DNA from: a virus
Taxonomy: Duplodnaviria; Heunggongvirae; Uroviricota; Caudoviricetes
Direction: 5' to 3' (one strand)
DNA: 64,000 nucleotides
Virus record (IMG/VR): IMGVR_UViG_3300014205_006828
Span: 1-64,000 of that record
In this document: piece after piece, positions 27,112-35,996 of the stretch
Layout: every line of letters starts with the position of its first letter
Position numbering within the stretch: the first letter of the stretch is position 1
Translations under genes and position numbers: made by a program
The notes under the pieces: generated by a model
The model's database searches: none
What the model saw: only the letters and a program-made list of their open reading frames with translations
Told to the model about the DNA's origin: nothing

Positions 27112-27984
27112 ATGATCTTAGATCACATCAGGCAAATAGCTCATTCCAACTATTCTGAAGAAATTAGCAATGTAACTAATGAAGAGGTTGACGCTCTAAG
27201 CCAAAAGGATTTATTAGTACTTCACTCAATCATGATTGGGCCGCACGTAAGTTTGGCCCTAGCTGTTCTTCAGCGGATTGGATTCTTTGCCGATCTAATT
27301 CCAGAGATTCAGGCTGGTTTGGACTTACAGAGTTCAAAGCACTTCAAGGAAATTTGGCCGCATACGATTCGAGTAGTTGGTCAGACACCGCCGGTTCTTA
27401 ATGTTCGCTGGGCTGCACTGTTCCATGATCTTGGTAAGGCCAAGGCATTTGAGATCAAGAACAACAAGGTAACATTTCATAATCACGAGCATATCAGCGC
27501 AGGAATCTTTAATCAGTTTTCAAAGCGCACTGGGATTTTCAGCAGCGGACAGCGAAGATCTATCAGGTTTCTTATAGCTAATTTAGGTTATATGGAAGCC
27601 TATGAAAGTAATTGGACGGACACTGCCGTACGTAGGTTGGATAAGGAAGTCGGAATTTTTCTTGAAGATCTTTTGACTTTATCCGAGTCTGATATTACAA
27701 CCAGCAAACCGGAAAACAGAAGGAGGATCCTGAGAAGGATTCAAGAGCTGCGAGACCGCATTAAAGACATACGAGAAAAAGACTCAAAGCAATGTCCTCT
27801 ACCAAAGGGCTTGGGAAGCGCTATTGTTGATAACCTCGGCATTCCGCTCGGCCCCAGAATTGGGCAGCTCCGCAAGGAACTTGAGGAAAAGATTGATAGA
27901 GGAGAATTATTTGCAAATGAAACTATCACATACTATATTGAACATCTAAGAAAGTCACAGGTCGAGGAAACTACTAATACTTAA
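27112..27984 (+). CDS. HD-domain phosphohydrolase with a CCA-enzyme-like C-terminal tail
   Basis: H...HD motif (IWPHTIR...WAALFHDLGK). The C-terminal PLPKGLGSAIVDNLGIPLGPRIGQL parallels the tail of the CCA enzyme at 40289 (PISGKDLIAMGLKPGPIMGQIL). Confidence 0.45.
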   Translation: MILDHIRQIAHSNYSEEISNVTNEEVDALSQKDLLVLHSIMIGPHVSLALAVLQRIGFFADLIPEIQAGLDLQSSKHFKEIWPHTIRVVGQTPPVLNVRWAALFHDLGKAKAFEIKNNKVTFHNHEHISAGIFNQFSKRTGIFSSGQRRSIRFLIANLGYMEAYESNWTDTAVRRLDKEVGIFLEDLLTLSESDITTSKPENRRRILRRIQELRDRIKDIREKDSKQCPLPKGLGSAIVDNLGIPLGPRIGQLRKELEEKIDRGELFANETITYYIEHLRKSQVEETTNT

Positions 27985-28517
27985 GTATAATAATCTAGCC
28001 TGTATCTTGAACACAACGATATAGTTGGTTAGAACAGGACAAACCACTAACCATGGTTTGGGGCCATACCATAGCAGAATAATTCAGGGTGGTCATTTTT
28101 GCGGGCGTAGTTCAATTGGCAGAACGTCTGGTTGCCAACCAGGAGGTTGTGGAATCGTTGTCCACCGCTCGCTCCCCCACTTGTTAGTTGGGATAAATTG
28201 CTTTTCAGTAAGTGGTTTGTGACTGCCTCAGAACCCTGTCCTGTAAGGCGGTCATTTCGCAGATGTCGTATAGCGGCTATTATTCCTGGCTTCCAACCAG
28301 AAGACGAGGTTTCGATTACCTCCATCTGCTCCAATTAGTTGCGTTGCCAATCACCACGACCAGGTTTTTTCAATCCATGTTTTCTGGCACGCTTTCCAAT
28401 AATAGAATCTTACACTCCAAGTTCTTTTGATATTTGGGTTGTTGGTTTCTCAAATCACATTTTTTGACGTCGAATCACAATAATTCTTTTTTACATTACA
28501 TATATTCGTATTGATTC

Positions 28518-29432
28518 ATGGATCATTCTAGAGTTATTAAAAGATGGGCTTTATCCAATAAAGACGTAAATTCTCAGCTTGTTGTTTCAGAATCTATGAT
28601 CGATGGCTTCTTTGGAGTTAAAGTTGCTGCTGATTCAATGGATGAAGAAGCTTGTAAGATTCTGTCAGCTTATGTAGCATTCACTAGAGCACTCTACACA
28701 CTTCATCAGCAGAACCATTGGGAAGCTCAAGCCTATGAAGATCATCTACTCTTCCAGAGATTGTACGAAGATGCACAGGACTTAGCTGACGACGCCGCCG
28801 AGCGCACCATGGGCCTTTGTGGAGAGGTTGTGTTAGAAGGCGCTGAAGCGATTGCTAAGAAATTCGAGGCCCGCATCAAGACGCTCAGCTCGCTCCTGGA
28901 ATCCTCATTAGAGATTGAACGTGCCTTCCAAGATGTTGGCCAGAATACATACAATGTTCTGAAGGAAAAGGAGATGCTCACGCTTGGTCTTGATGACTTG
29001 ATTATGTCTCAAGCAAGCCAGGGTGAGGTTCACATTTACCTTCTACAGCAGGAATTAAAGGGATTAGGAGAAGATATGGGTAGCGTAGCCGATCATGCGA
29101 AAGAGATTATTGATAAGACCGAATCGTTGAAGGATATTGTGGTAACTGCGAAGAAACGCAAGCAGCCCGAATATAAGCCGAAGGACATCATCGAGTATAT
29201 CGAAGCCGCATTGAAGGTTCGCCCATACGAAGAAGTATTGTGCTACATCAAAGGCCTGGAAACTGAAGCGCTGGACCAAGTTATCAATATCCTGATGCGT
29301 ACAAATCCAGGACTATTGAAGAAGATTTACGTTAGCAGCATCACGAAGAAAGGTCCGGAAGAAGGCGAAATTGAAATCTCAGTTGAGCCTCCAAATACTG
29401 AAAATATTGAGAACGGAATAGTGCTTCTGTAA
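28518..29432 (+). CDS. Dps/ferritin-like N-terminal domain protein with a C-terminal extension
   Basis: ILSAYVAFTRALYTLHQQNHWEAQAYEDHLLFQRLYEDAQDLADDAAERTMGL parallels the Dps helix A/B region (L..L.vlY.KlHNyHWNVkG..F..lHe.FEe.Y.el.e..DeiAERi.alG). Confidence 0.45.
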   Translation: MDHSRVIKRWALSNKDVNSQLVVSESMIDGFFGVKVAADSMDEEACKILSAYVAFTRALYTLHQQNHWEAQAYEDHLLFQRLYEDAQDLADDAAERTMGLCGEVVLEGAEAIAKKFEARIKTLSSLLESSLEIERAFQDVGQNTYNVLKEKEMLTLGLDDLIMSQASQGEVHIYLLQQELKGLGEDMGSVADHAKEIIDKTESLKDIVVTAKKRKQPEYKPKDIIEYIEAALKVRPYEEVLCYIKGLETEALDQVINILMRTNPGLLKKIYVSSITKKGPEEGEIEISVEPPNTENIENGIVLL

Positions 29433-29984
29433 TTAATATGCAGCAACTGAAGAGTTTCTCACAACCTGATCAAAAGGCGGGAGAGTTGCAGCAGCTGCCG
29501 GTGGAGCGGATTTTTTTGGAGCTTCTTGCGCAACATCTGGTGCAACGTCTGGTTCCCAGAAATTCTGTGGTGGTTCCTCTGACATTACTATTCCATCCCC
29601 ATCGGTCTTGGTAGTTTTTGGTTTACGAGCTTTGGTAACTAGCGGAAGAGTTATGGTTTGGGTATTTCCAGAAAGACCGGCTAGCTTACCATTATTGAAA
29701 CCCTCAATATAAGCTCGTAGGTTAGAAACTTCATCGTGACTATCTTCAATTGACTTTGATAGATCTTCTGTCGTTTTCGTAAGCTCATTTACCTTCACCG
29801 ACAAAACTTCGTAGGTTGCTTTGGTCGCCGTAATATCCGGTGGCTTAAACCAAGAAGCAGCCGCCGTGAGAACAGCAGCTATTCCGATAATCAAACCCTT
29901 GTAAGATAGTATCTGGTTCAACAACGAGATTGTCTTATTCTCTTCAACTGGATTATTTTCTGTCTTAAGCTTATCTTCAGTCAT
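29433..29984 (-). CDS. Hypothetical single-pass membrane / coiled-coil protein
   Basis: TM helix (LIIGIAAVLTAAASWF), then a coiled-coil-like segment and a proline-rich tail. Confidence 0.4.
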   Translation of the reverse strand: MTEDKLKTENNPVEENKTISLLNQILSYKGLIIGIAAVLTAAASWFKPPDITATKATYEVLSVKVNELTKTTEDLSKSIEDSHDEVSNLRAYIEGFNNGKLAGLSGNTQTITLPLVTKARKPKTTKTDGDGIVMSEEPPQNFWEPDVAPDVAQEAPKKSAPPAAAATLPPFDQVVRNSSVAAY

Positions 29985-30323
29985 ACTAATAACCCAATAT
30001 ATTCATACAGGAATGAGGTAGTTATGCTATAGTTATGCAAACAACCAATAATTATGTTCCGACAATCATTGAACGTGGCGCTCGCCGAGCTACTCGCTAT
30101 GTCTGTAGTGGGGAAAGGTCTATGCGCTACTACAAGAAATCATGTCATCGTTCCTATCGTAGAGTAATAAAACATCGTCTTCATGAAATAACCGTTGGAT
30201 TAAAGGATATAGAAGAATATAATGATGAGCCCGGCCATTGTAAATGTACCAGTTGGGATATTTGGTAGTCGAGCATAATATTCAAGAATACCAATTACTA
30301 TTAGCCAAAGAAAAGAATGATAT

Positions 30324-30406
30324 GGTAGGACAATCCGATTGGCGACGGAACTTGTTTTGAAAACAAGCGAGCGCAAGCCTTGGGGATTCGAATTCCTCTC
30401 CTACCG
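30324..30406 (+). tRNA. tRNA-Ser (anticodon TGA), type II
   Basis: Acceptor GGTAGGA/TCCTACC is perfect. D-stem TCCG/CGGA, anticodon stem CTTGT/ACAAG with loop TTTGAAA, 14-nt variable arm, T-arm GGGGA-TTCGAAT-TCCTC. Confidence 0.7.
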
Positions 30407-30795
30407 CAATAAACGTATCCAGAATGGCGATATATCTATATTAGTAGAATGGTTAGCTAAATAGGGAATAATTGGAAATATAGACCCAAATGCAAGTAAA
30501 CCGCGTTCAGCTCCAGAGCTTTCGTTAGCCTGGGGCTTTTGGGGTAGGTGCCAGCCCTTAGGATCCGTGGGCAGTGGTGACCATGACGGCGAGAAAGAGC
30601 GCAAAGTCGATGAGTAAAGCGGACATGCATATACAGCTTCCCGACAATCCGGAGTAGACGATTGACAGCTGAAACGAGACAGCTAACGCTCGACGGGCGC
30701 GGAGAATGAACAGCACCAGACAGCTGGAAAGACAGCTGACGGCGGGAACAGACCGCATTATCTTCTCTGCATTGACCAACAATTCACCCAAATAT

Positions 30796-30878
30796 GGAGA
30801 GTAAACTTAGTGGGACTAAGCTCTGATTGGAAATTAGATGAGACTTAAACGTTAGTGATTCGATTTCACTGCTCTCCG
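30796..30878 (+). tRNA. tRNA-Ser (anticodon GGA), type II
   Basis: Acceptor GGAGAGT/GCTCTCC, anticodon stem TCTGA/TTAGA with loop TTGGAAA, long variable arm, T-arm AGTGA-TTCGATT-TCACT is perfect. Confidence 0.6.
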
Positions 30879-30890
30879 CAAAAGAATATT

Positions 30891-30981
30891 GGGTAAGATT
30901 ATCCGACAGCTGGCAACGGAACTTCTTTGCTAAAGAAGCGAGCCCCTGAAGGGCCTTTAGGGTTCGACCCCCTATCTTACC
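30891..30981 (+). tRNA. tRNA-Ser (anticodon GCT), type II
   Basis: Acceptor GGTAAGA/TCTTACC is perfect. D-stem TCCG/CGGA, anticodon stem CTTCT/AGAAG with loop TTGCTAA, variable-arm hairpin GCCCCTGAAGGGC, T-arm TAGGG-TTCGACC-CCCTA. Confidence 0.7.
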
Positions 30982-30990
30982 GCAACCCGA

Positions 30991-31479
30991 GTGCATATGA
31001 AAAAAGATACTTTCTACGATCAATATCCACTTGTATTTCCAAAACGCGAACCTGAACAAGGTTTTCATTGTGGTGAGGGATGGTATCAACTTCTGGATTG
31101 TCTATTCGAAGTAATGCAAAAAAATTTGGTTAAACAACCAGAGCCTATAGACTTCCGAATTACATATATTAAAGAGAAGTTCGGTACGTTGAGAGTTGGC
31201 TGCGAACACGCTACCGATTATATTCGAGAAACGGTTATTCAAGCCGAAGAGATGAGTGGCCACATCTGCGAAACATGCGGTGAGTACGGCAAGATTCGAA
31301 ACTCAGCTCATTGGATAAAAGTGCGCTGCGATTCCTGCGAACGAACTCACTTCGCACATCGCAACACGCCACTATTGTCAGAAGCAAAAGCTAGCCTAGA
31401 CGCTGGCATCAAGAGTGCTCAAGAACATCCTGCGATCAGCCTGGGCAGCTTTGCTAAATTCGCCGATGATGAAGAGTAG
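30991..31479 (+). CDS. Hypothetical zinc-finger protein
   Basis: CETCGEYGK...CDSCERTH. Confidence 0.4.
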   Translation: MHMKKDTFYDQYPLVFPKREPEQGFHCGEGWYQLLDCLFEVMQKNLVKQPEPIDFRITYIKEKFGTLRVGCEHATDYIRETVIQAEEMSGHICETCGEYGKIRNSAHWIKVRCDSCERTHFAHRNTPLLSEAKASLDAGIKSAQEHPAISLGSFAKFADDEE

Positions 31480-31769
31480 TTCACCGGCATAGTTCACTAT
31501 TTTGGTGAGTTGGCGTCCATAACCAATTCTGTTTGAGGCACTAAACCTTCTCATTCTTGCAAGCGAAATCAACGATAGCAGCTTCGAGCATGTAATCCTC
31601 GATGTAGAACAGCGGTACAGATGGGGCTGTTTCCGAGGTACGAAAGGCATTCACAATCAATTGTCCAAGGCGCAGATCTGGACACTTGATCCATGATTGA
31701 AAGATCGCCTCTATCATCATACTTTTCTGAGCTACAGTCAGAGCGCGCCCTTCAGGTGGTTGCATTGCC

Positions 31770-31982
31770 TCAATGCACTCTTATTAGTTCAAGATAGTAT
31801 GTTTCATCTTGATCAGTCATGCGTTGAAATACCTTATGGCAATCATGGCACTCAAACACTGATGTTACTTTCAATCCAAGTAGAGTGCCTTGACATTTGG
31901 GACAATGAGCTTCTGAAATTACTGTTTGTAGAAGCGTGGTGCCTATTCCTTCGAGAAGTATTTTTGTATCTAGTGTTTTCAT
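31770..31982 (-). CDS. Hypothetical small zinc-ribbon protein
   Basis: CPKCQG...CHDCHK. Confidence 0.3.
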   Translation of the reverse strand: MKTLDTKILLEGIGTTLLQTVISEAHCPKCQGTLLGLKVTSVFECHDCHKVFQRMTDQDETYYLELIRVH

Positions 31983-32266
31983 GAAATAAGATCTGGCCTT
32001 CCACCTAATCTAGACCGAATGCACCCAAGAAGTATTTGAGATACCGGAAGACCATCCACTCTCTGAATGGTTAGGGGATATGGATTGAGAACGTAATCTT
32101 CTTTAGTATAACCCAAGAATTCAATGATACTGTATACTTCATATTTTATTGCCTGAAATACACTTGCAATAGATTGTCGCAAGGTAGGTTTGTATTCAAA
32201 TTCGTTATTAAGAATCGTTACAGTACAATCATCCATTCTTTTACCCCTGATCATATACAGTAACAT
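31979..32266 (-). CDS. Hypothetical protein
   Basis: 95-aa ORF, translationally coupled to its neighbours. Confidence 0.3.
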   Translation of the reverse strand: MLLYMIRGKRMDDCTVTILNNEFEYKPTLRQSIASVFQAIKYEVYSIIEFLGYTKEDYVLNPYPLTIQRVDGLPVSQILLGCIRSRLGGRPDLIS

Positions 32267-32741
32267 TAATTCCTCTCTTTAATAACTCTTGTTCAATAAG
32301 TGGCTCAATAACACTCCACTCCCCTTGTGCTAATCCTGCTCCGATCCGAGGCATATGTACTGCTGCGGTATGCTGACTGATTTCATCACCAGCTTTACTC
32401 AAGCACTGTTGTAGAGCTTTATAGTCAATCGGCTTAGGATTGTTTGGACCTACGATGCCTTTTTGAGCCACCATGTTGATAACAACTAGGTCGCTCAGAA
32501 TCTGAATTACCTGAATATCACCAAGTAGTAGCTTTCCAAAGCGTTCGCGCCACCACTTACGATACTCTGTTTCAACCTTCGGCCATCGCTTAGAAAGTGC
32601 TCCTGAAAAGCCTGCTCCGTATTTCCCCTCATCATTCACGATTTGGATAATGTAACGGTTGCTACTTCCGAGAGGATTTGTTGCATCGCCCTTTACGAAC
32701 TTGAGAAGGCCTTTGGGATTATGATCACTTGGGTTTACCAT
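32241..32741 (-). CDS. Macro domain protein (ADP-ribose binding/processing)
   Basis: VKGDATNP...IVNDEGKYGAGFSGALSKRWP...VHMPRIGAGLAQGEW matches macro-domain motifs (GDIT; NAAN..L.gGgGVdgAI; iafPaistGiyG). Confidence 0.55.
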   Translation of the reverse strand: MVNPSDHNPKGLLKFVKGDATNPLGSSNRYIIQIVNDEGKYGAGFSGALSKRWPKVETEYRKWWRERFGKLLLGDIQVIQILSDLVVINMVAQKGIVGPNNPKPIDYKALQQCLSKAGDEISQHTAAVHMPRIGAGLAQGEWSVIEPLIEQELLKRGINVTVYDQG

Positions 32742-32811
32742 ATTGTTTCCTACGAAAAGAAGTAGTTTTTGATCTGAAACTACAAAACAGGTACCAGTGC
32801 GCCACTCTGCG

Positions 32812-33042
32812 TTATTTCTTCCGATAGATTATACGACACTTAGTTATATCGAAGGTATCGAGTTCGATATCAACTTTATCACCCTCAACAACCTTAATGT
32901 TATTGGTCCTCATCTTACCAGACAGCTGTCCCATGACTCTTCTAGTGTTGCCATTCTCAAGATCAATGAGAATGGAGAAAAATCCGTTACCGCACGCTTT
33001 ATTAATAAGCCCATTGAATCTTGGTTTTTCACTCGGCATCAA
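32812..33042 (-). CDS. infA: Translation initiation factor IF-1 (bacterial type, S1-like OB fold)
   Basis: NGFFSILIDLENGNTRRVMGQLSGKMRTNNIKVVEGDKVDIELDTFDITKCRIIYR aligns with E. coli IF-1 ([52 protein letters not shown]). Confidence 0.75.
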   Translation of the reverse strand: MMPSEKPRFNGLINKACGNGFFSILIDLENGNTRRVMGQLSGKMRTNNIKVVEGDKVDIELDTFDITKCRIIYRKK

Positions 33043-33600
33043 TCACTCCGTTGTCCCAGTGTACTTGGCAATCAATATATCAACACGTTCCTTGATATTG
33101 GCCTGCTCAATTGGAAGTCCAAAAGCCCAGGCTTCCTCGATTATAAAGTCATTAGGATATGAAACCTTCAGGAACTTTATTGTCCTTAGATTGGTTTCTA
33201 GGTACCCAGAAGATATATATCTAAGAATACCGAAACCTAATAATAGCGGGCTAATATTCCTGACCCAGATATTGTTTTCGAAATAGGAGCTTCTAATCTT
33301 TCCATCATTACCAAGAAGTATAAGTATATTGTTTTGTCCGGAAAGTAGCATCCCCCAATAGCTATGGCGTTCTATCAGGGCTGGGTTTGCCTTCCTAAAA
33401 ACGTCTGTAGTCTTCGTGGAAATGGCTGTGGCTGGATAAACCTTGACCACCCCGTTCTTTAGAAGACGCAGGCGGTTTCCATCAAAATCTCTCCACACAT
33501 GCCAGTCCTCCACCGGTTCCAGGCCTAGCATGTCCACCAGAAGATCGAAGGGGCAATTAAGCGCCGCCCGAGCTGAAGCTATCAACCGTTCCTGCCTCAT
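33043..33600 (-). CDS. Hypothetical protein
   Basis: 185-aa ORF between the IF-1 and PP-loop genes. Confidence 0.4.
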   Translation of the reverse strand: MRQERLIASARAALNCPFDLLVDMLGLEPVEDWHVWRDFDGNRLRLLKNGVVKVYPATAISTKTTDVFRKANPALIERHSYWGMLLSGQNNILILLGNDGKIRSSYFENNIWVRNISPLLLGFGILRYISSGYLETNLRTIKFLKVSYPNDFIIEEAWAFGLPIEQANIKERVDILIAKYTGTTE

Positions 33601-34295
33601 CGCACTCTTCTATATAGCTGTGGTTTATCAGAGAGGCTTGGATATGGCTTGTTCATCTTCTTGTGGCGTGTCAGTTTTTCTCTTTGATGAACCTTAGCAA
33701 TCATAGCCTTCTGTGTATGAATGAAGTAGGGCCAACGAGGATGCCGGTGCGGAGACTCTTCACACGTGATGATCCCGAACATCGCCTCGGCCTCATTGCA
33801 GAACTCAATGTCTGCAACGATATCTGTGGATTCAACCGGCCATAGACCAGGCCACAGAGAATCAGTTATCTCAACAATCTCCGAATACTCAAGGTCAAAC
33901 AGCGGGAAGACATCTGCACTACCCGCCGCGCGCTTTCCGTAGCTGCGATAGTACAGTCCGAACGTTCTGTCTACCGGGCCAACTACAATGCCGTGGTCGT
34001 GCGCTATTTCGTGGCATTGAAGATAGTAGTAACCAGGGTTCTTGATACTGTCAATGGAGTATGTAACATTTCCATTGAAAACATTCTTGATCTCGATAGT
34101 GCTCGTCGGAAAGCTGAGGGCATGAGTTGCAAGGCCACCATAGTTCTCAGTGGCCTTTGAGCAGATGTGAAGCAACAGGGCATCAGAACGAGCGCCATCA
34201 AAACCCACCACAAAAACACTGCGTCCGGCGGCTTTGGCGTATTCTGCCAGCCACTTGGCGAGATGTTCAATGAGTAGGTCTTGGTTGGTGATCAT
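33597..34295 (-). CDS. PP-loop ATP pyrophosphatase family protein, NH3-dependent NAD+ synthetase (NadE)-like. The SGGxDS motif is degenerate (FDGARSD)
   Basis: HLAKWLAEYAKAAGRSVFVVGFDGARSDALLLHICSKATENYGG parallels NadE ([44 protein letters not shown]). Downstream, VGPVDRTF and FPLFDL sit at the GTDHAAE and LLPL positions. Confidence 0.45.
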   Translation of the reverse strand: MITNQDLLIEHLAKWLAEYAKAAGRSVFVVGFDGARSDALLLHICSKATENYGGLATHALSFPTSTIEIKNVFNGNVTYSIDSIKNPGYYYLQCHEIAHDHGIVVGPVDRTFGLYYRSYGKRAAGSADVFPLFDLEYSEIVEITDSLWPGLWPVESTDIVADIEFCNEAEAMFGIITCEESPHRHPRWPYFIHTQKAMIAKVHQREKLTRHKKMNKPYPSLSDKPQLYRRVR

Positions 34296-34525
34296 TTCTT
34301 TTTACTTGATGCGTCCTTCAGTACCTTATCAACAATACCCTGGACATCGAAGTTTGGAGCTTGTGGAATGTCCTCGACTTCCTTGAATTTCTCGACGGCA
34401 TGGGTAGCGATAGCGTCTGCTTTCATAATCGCATGCTGCGCATCGTAATTGGCCGAAGATGTAAACATCGTTGTAACCACACTAGTATATACATGGTACC
34501 AAACTTGATACTCCGGATACTTCAT
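34292..34525 (-). CDS. Hypothetical small protein
   Basis: 77-aa ORF with overlapping stop/start to its neighbours. Confidence 0.3.
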   Translation of the reverse strand: MKYPEYQVWYHVYTSVVTTMFTSSANYDAQHAIMKADAIATHAVEKFKEVEDIPQAPNFDVQGIVDKVLKDASSKKK

Positions 34526-34803
34526 GACACATCCTTCTTCTTCCTGGTCTTCTTAATCACTGGTGTGGATTGGCTCCTACAAATTCGAAGCACTTCCCGA
34601 ACTTCTTCAATCTCTTGTGCTGAACACGCACTGCCACTAGAGTTATTGACCTCTAACCCATAATTATTGGTCTCTTTATTATGGTGAATCAATATCCACA
34701 ATCTTGGGTTTGCGTCCAAGAGAGCTTTGCGATATGAAATGAGGAGGTTTAGATCGCTACTTAGTTCGAACAGGTCTTTGCGTTGTTCAATTGGAATCGG
34801 CAT
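34522..34803 (-). CDS. Hypothetical small protein
   Basis: 93-aa ORF. Confidence 0.3.
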   Translation of the reverse strand: MPIPIEQRKDLFELSSDLNLLISYRKALLDANPRLWILIHHNKETNNYGLEVNNSSGSACSAQEIEEVREVLRICRSQSTPVIKKTRKKKDVS

Positions 34804-34815
34804 ATCTGTCTTTCT

Positions 34816-35403
34816 TTATAGCAAGCCAAGTAACATCATGGCCAGAACATATCCATGACCAACTTTAATCTTTTCATTATCAATCAGCTTATCGACATCA
34901 TACCCATGCACATTGATTCCATGCGCGTCGAAGTCTTGAAGAACCAAACAATCTGCTCCATTCGTTCGAGAACAAACCGATTCAAATGTTTGAGTTAGCT
35001 TCTCGAACGCCTCGGTATTTCGTACTGCATTTGAGTAAAGTGGAATATAGATTTGCCTTCTAGCTTCTATATACCCAAGCTTTCTCCCATCCCATAATGA
35101 GTAAAGCGGCTTGTTTCCTCGACCCATAGGATACCGATCAGCAAACTTCTTAGCCCAGCCCTTTTTAGCCCATTCGAAATACGCATTGCCAGGCTCGTTA
35201 TTTTCATCAGCGTACTCGGTGTACACTTTAGAATATTGCCAGGCATTCTCTACATTTTGAGCCTCATACTCTCCGTACAACTTCACAGGCCCAAGTAGAA
35301 ATGGTGATAAACCACGGCTCCAACCATGAGCGCGTGAAGTTGTGTTGACAATCACCGCATCATCGGAGAACTTGCTAGAGAAGTCTGCTACGATAAGTTT
35401 CAT
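34816..35403 (-). CDS. Putative NADAR (DUF1768, YbiA-like) domain protein. Weak call
   Basis: LSPFLLGPV..., ...ENAWQYSKV and ...WDGRKLGYIEARRQIYIPL loosely follow the YbiA pattern (FSNFA..PI ... EHYFQAQKF ... GKNRLGYLLMELR). Confidence 0.35.
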   Translation of the reverse strand: MKLIVADFSSKFSDDAVIVNTTSRAHGWSRGLSPFLLGPVKLYGEYEAQNVENAWQYSKVYTEYADENNEPGNAYFEWAKKGWAKKFADRYPMGRGNKPLYSLWDGRKLGYIEARRQIYIPLYSNAVRNTEAFEKLTQTFESVCSRTNGADCLVLQDFDAHGINVHGYDVDKLIDNEKIKVGHGYVLAMMLLGLL

Positions 35404-35996
35404 TTGTATACTAACTTAATTCCGCTATTAGGATCTTCGGACAGGATAATCAATCTTTGTTTGAAATCGAACTCCAGATCGTTTTTCAGATCAGTATACT
35501 CTTTTTTCCTATCGGTTGACTTCTCAATCAGCCTGGAAAGAGATCCTCGTGGATCAAGGTATGTTCCGTATAGATATTGGATTCTCTGTTTGGAATTGGC
35601 CTCTTGCACTTCTCGTAGGGCTTGTGCTTTGAATTTCTCAACATTACTTTCTATTACTGTGCTTTTTAGAAGCCCACCATTAATGGAAAGGAACATATCT
35701 TCTTCATACATAGATCCATATCCGGCATGAACATAGTTAAGAAGATTTCCCTTCCAAACATGAAGTTCTTGAGAAACCCAATCGGCAAAAAATGGGCCTT
35801 TACCCTTCATGACTCCGCCAACCACTCGATTGAGATATAGCTTGTTATCTACAATCTCCCACTCCCCAACGTACCCTCGATAGTTTGAGGTTTTCGTAGA
35901 CCAACCAGCTTCAGCCTTGTCATGGAGGCTTGGGTTGGATACCATCTCTAACTCCTCACCATCAATGATGAGGATTTCAGGTTGTTGCGCCGTCAT
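35400..35996 (-). CDS. Hypothetical protein
   Basis: 198-aa ORF. Confidence 0.4.
   Translation of the reverse strand: MTAQQPEILIIDGEELEMVSNPSLHDKAEAGWSTKTSNYRGYVGEWEIVDNKLYLNRVVGGVMKGKGPFFADWVSQELHVWKGNLLNYVHAGYGSMYEEDMFLSINGGLLKSTVIESNVEKFKAQALREVQEANSKQRIQYLYGTYLDPRGSLSRLIEKSTDRKKEYTDLKNDLEFDFKQRLIILSEDPNSGIKLVYK

Noticed and set aside
26367-27984. Possibility that 26367-27110 plus 27112-27984 form one frameshifted CCA-adding enzyme (head plus HD)
   Set aside because: The upstream ORF lacks the GGxVRD...DxD polymerase-beta head motifs, and the two ORFs are in different frames with no obvious slippery site. They are kept as separate genes.
30324-30406. tRNA with DNA anticodon TGA considered as a possible opal (UGA) suppressor explaining the in-frame TGA at 17065
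   Set aside because: Anticodon 5'-UGA-3' pairs with the serine codon UCA. A UGA reader would need anticodon UCA, so this is an ordinary type-II tRNA-Ser. No UCA-anticodon tRNA was found in the window.
30407-30795. Spacer between tRNA-Ser genes considered as a tmRNA
   Set aside because: I could not find a 3' tRNA-like T-arm/CCA end pairing with a GGGG 5' end, nor a tag reading frame ending in ...ALAA. It is kept only as an unexplained structured region.
30401-31089. Minus-strand ORFs 30401-30604, 30558-30791 and 30784-31089
   Set aside because: They overlap three well-folded plus-strand tRNA-Ser genes and have hydrophobic low-complexity translations. They are most likely non-coding, though 30558-30791 cannot be fully excluded.
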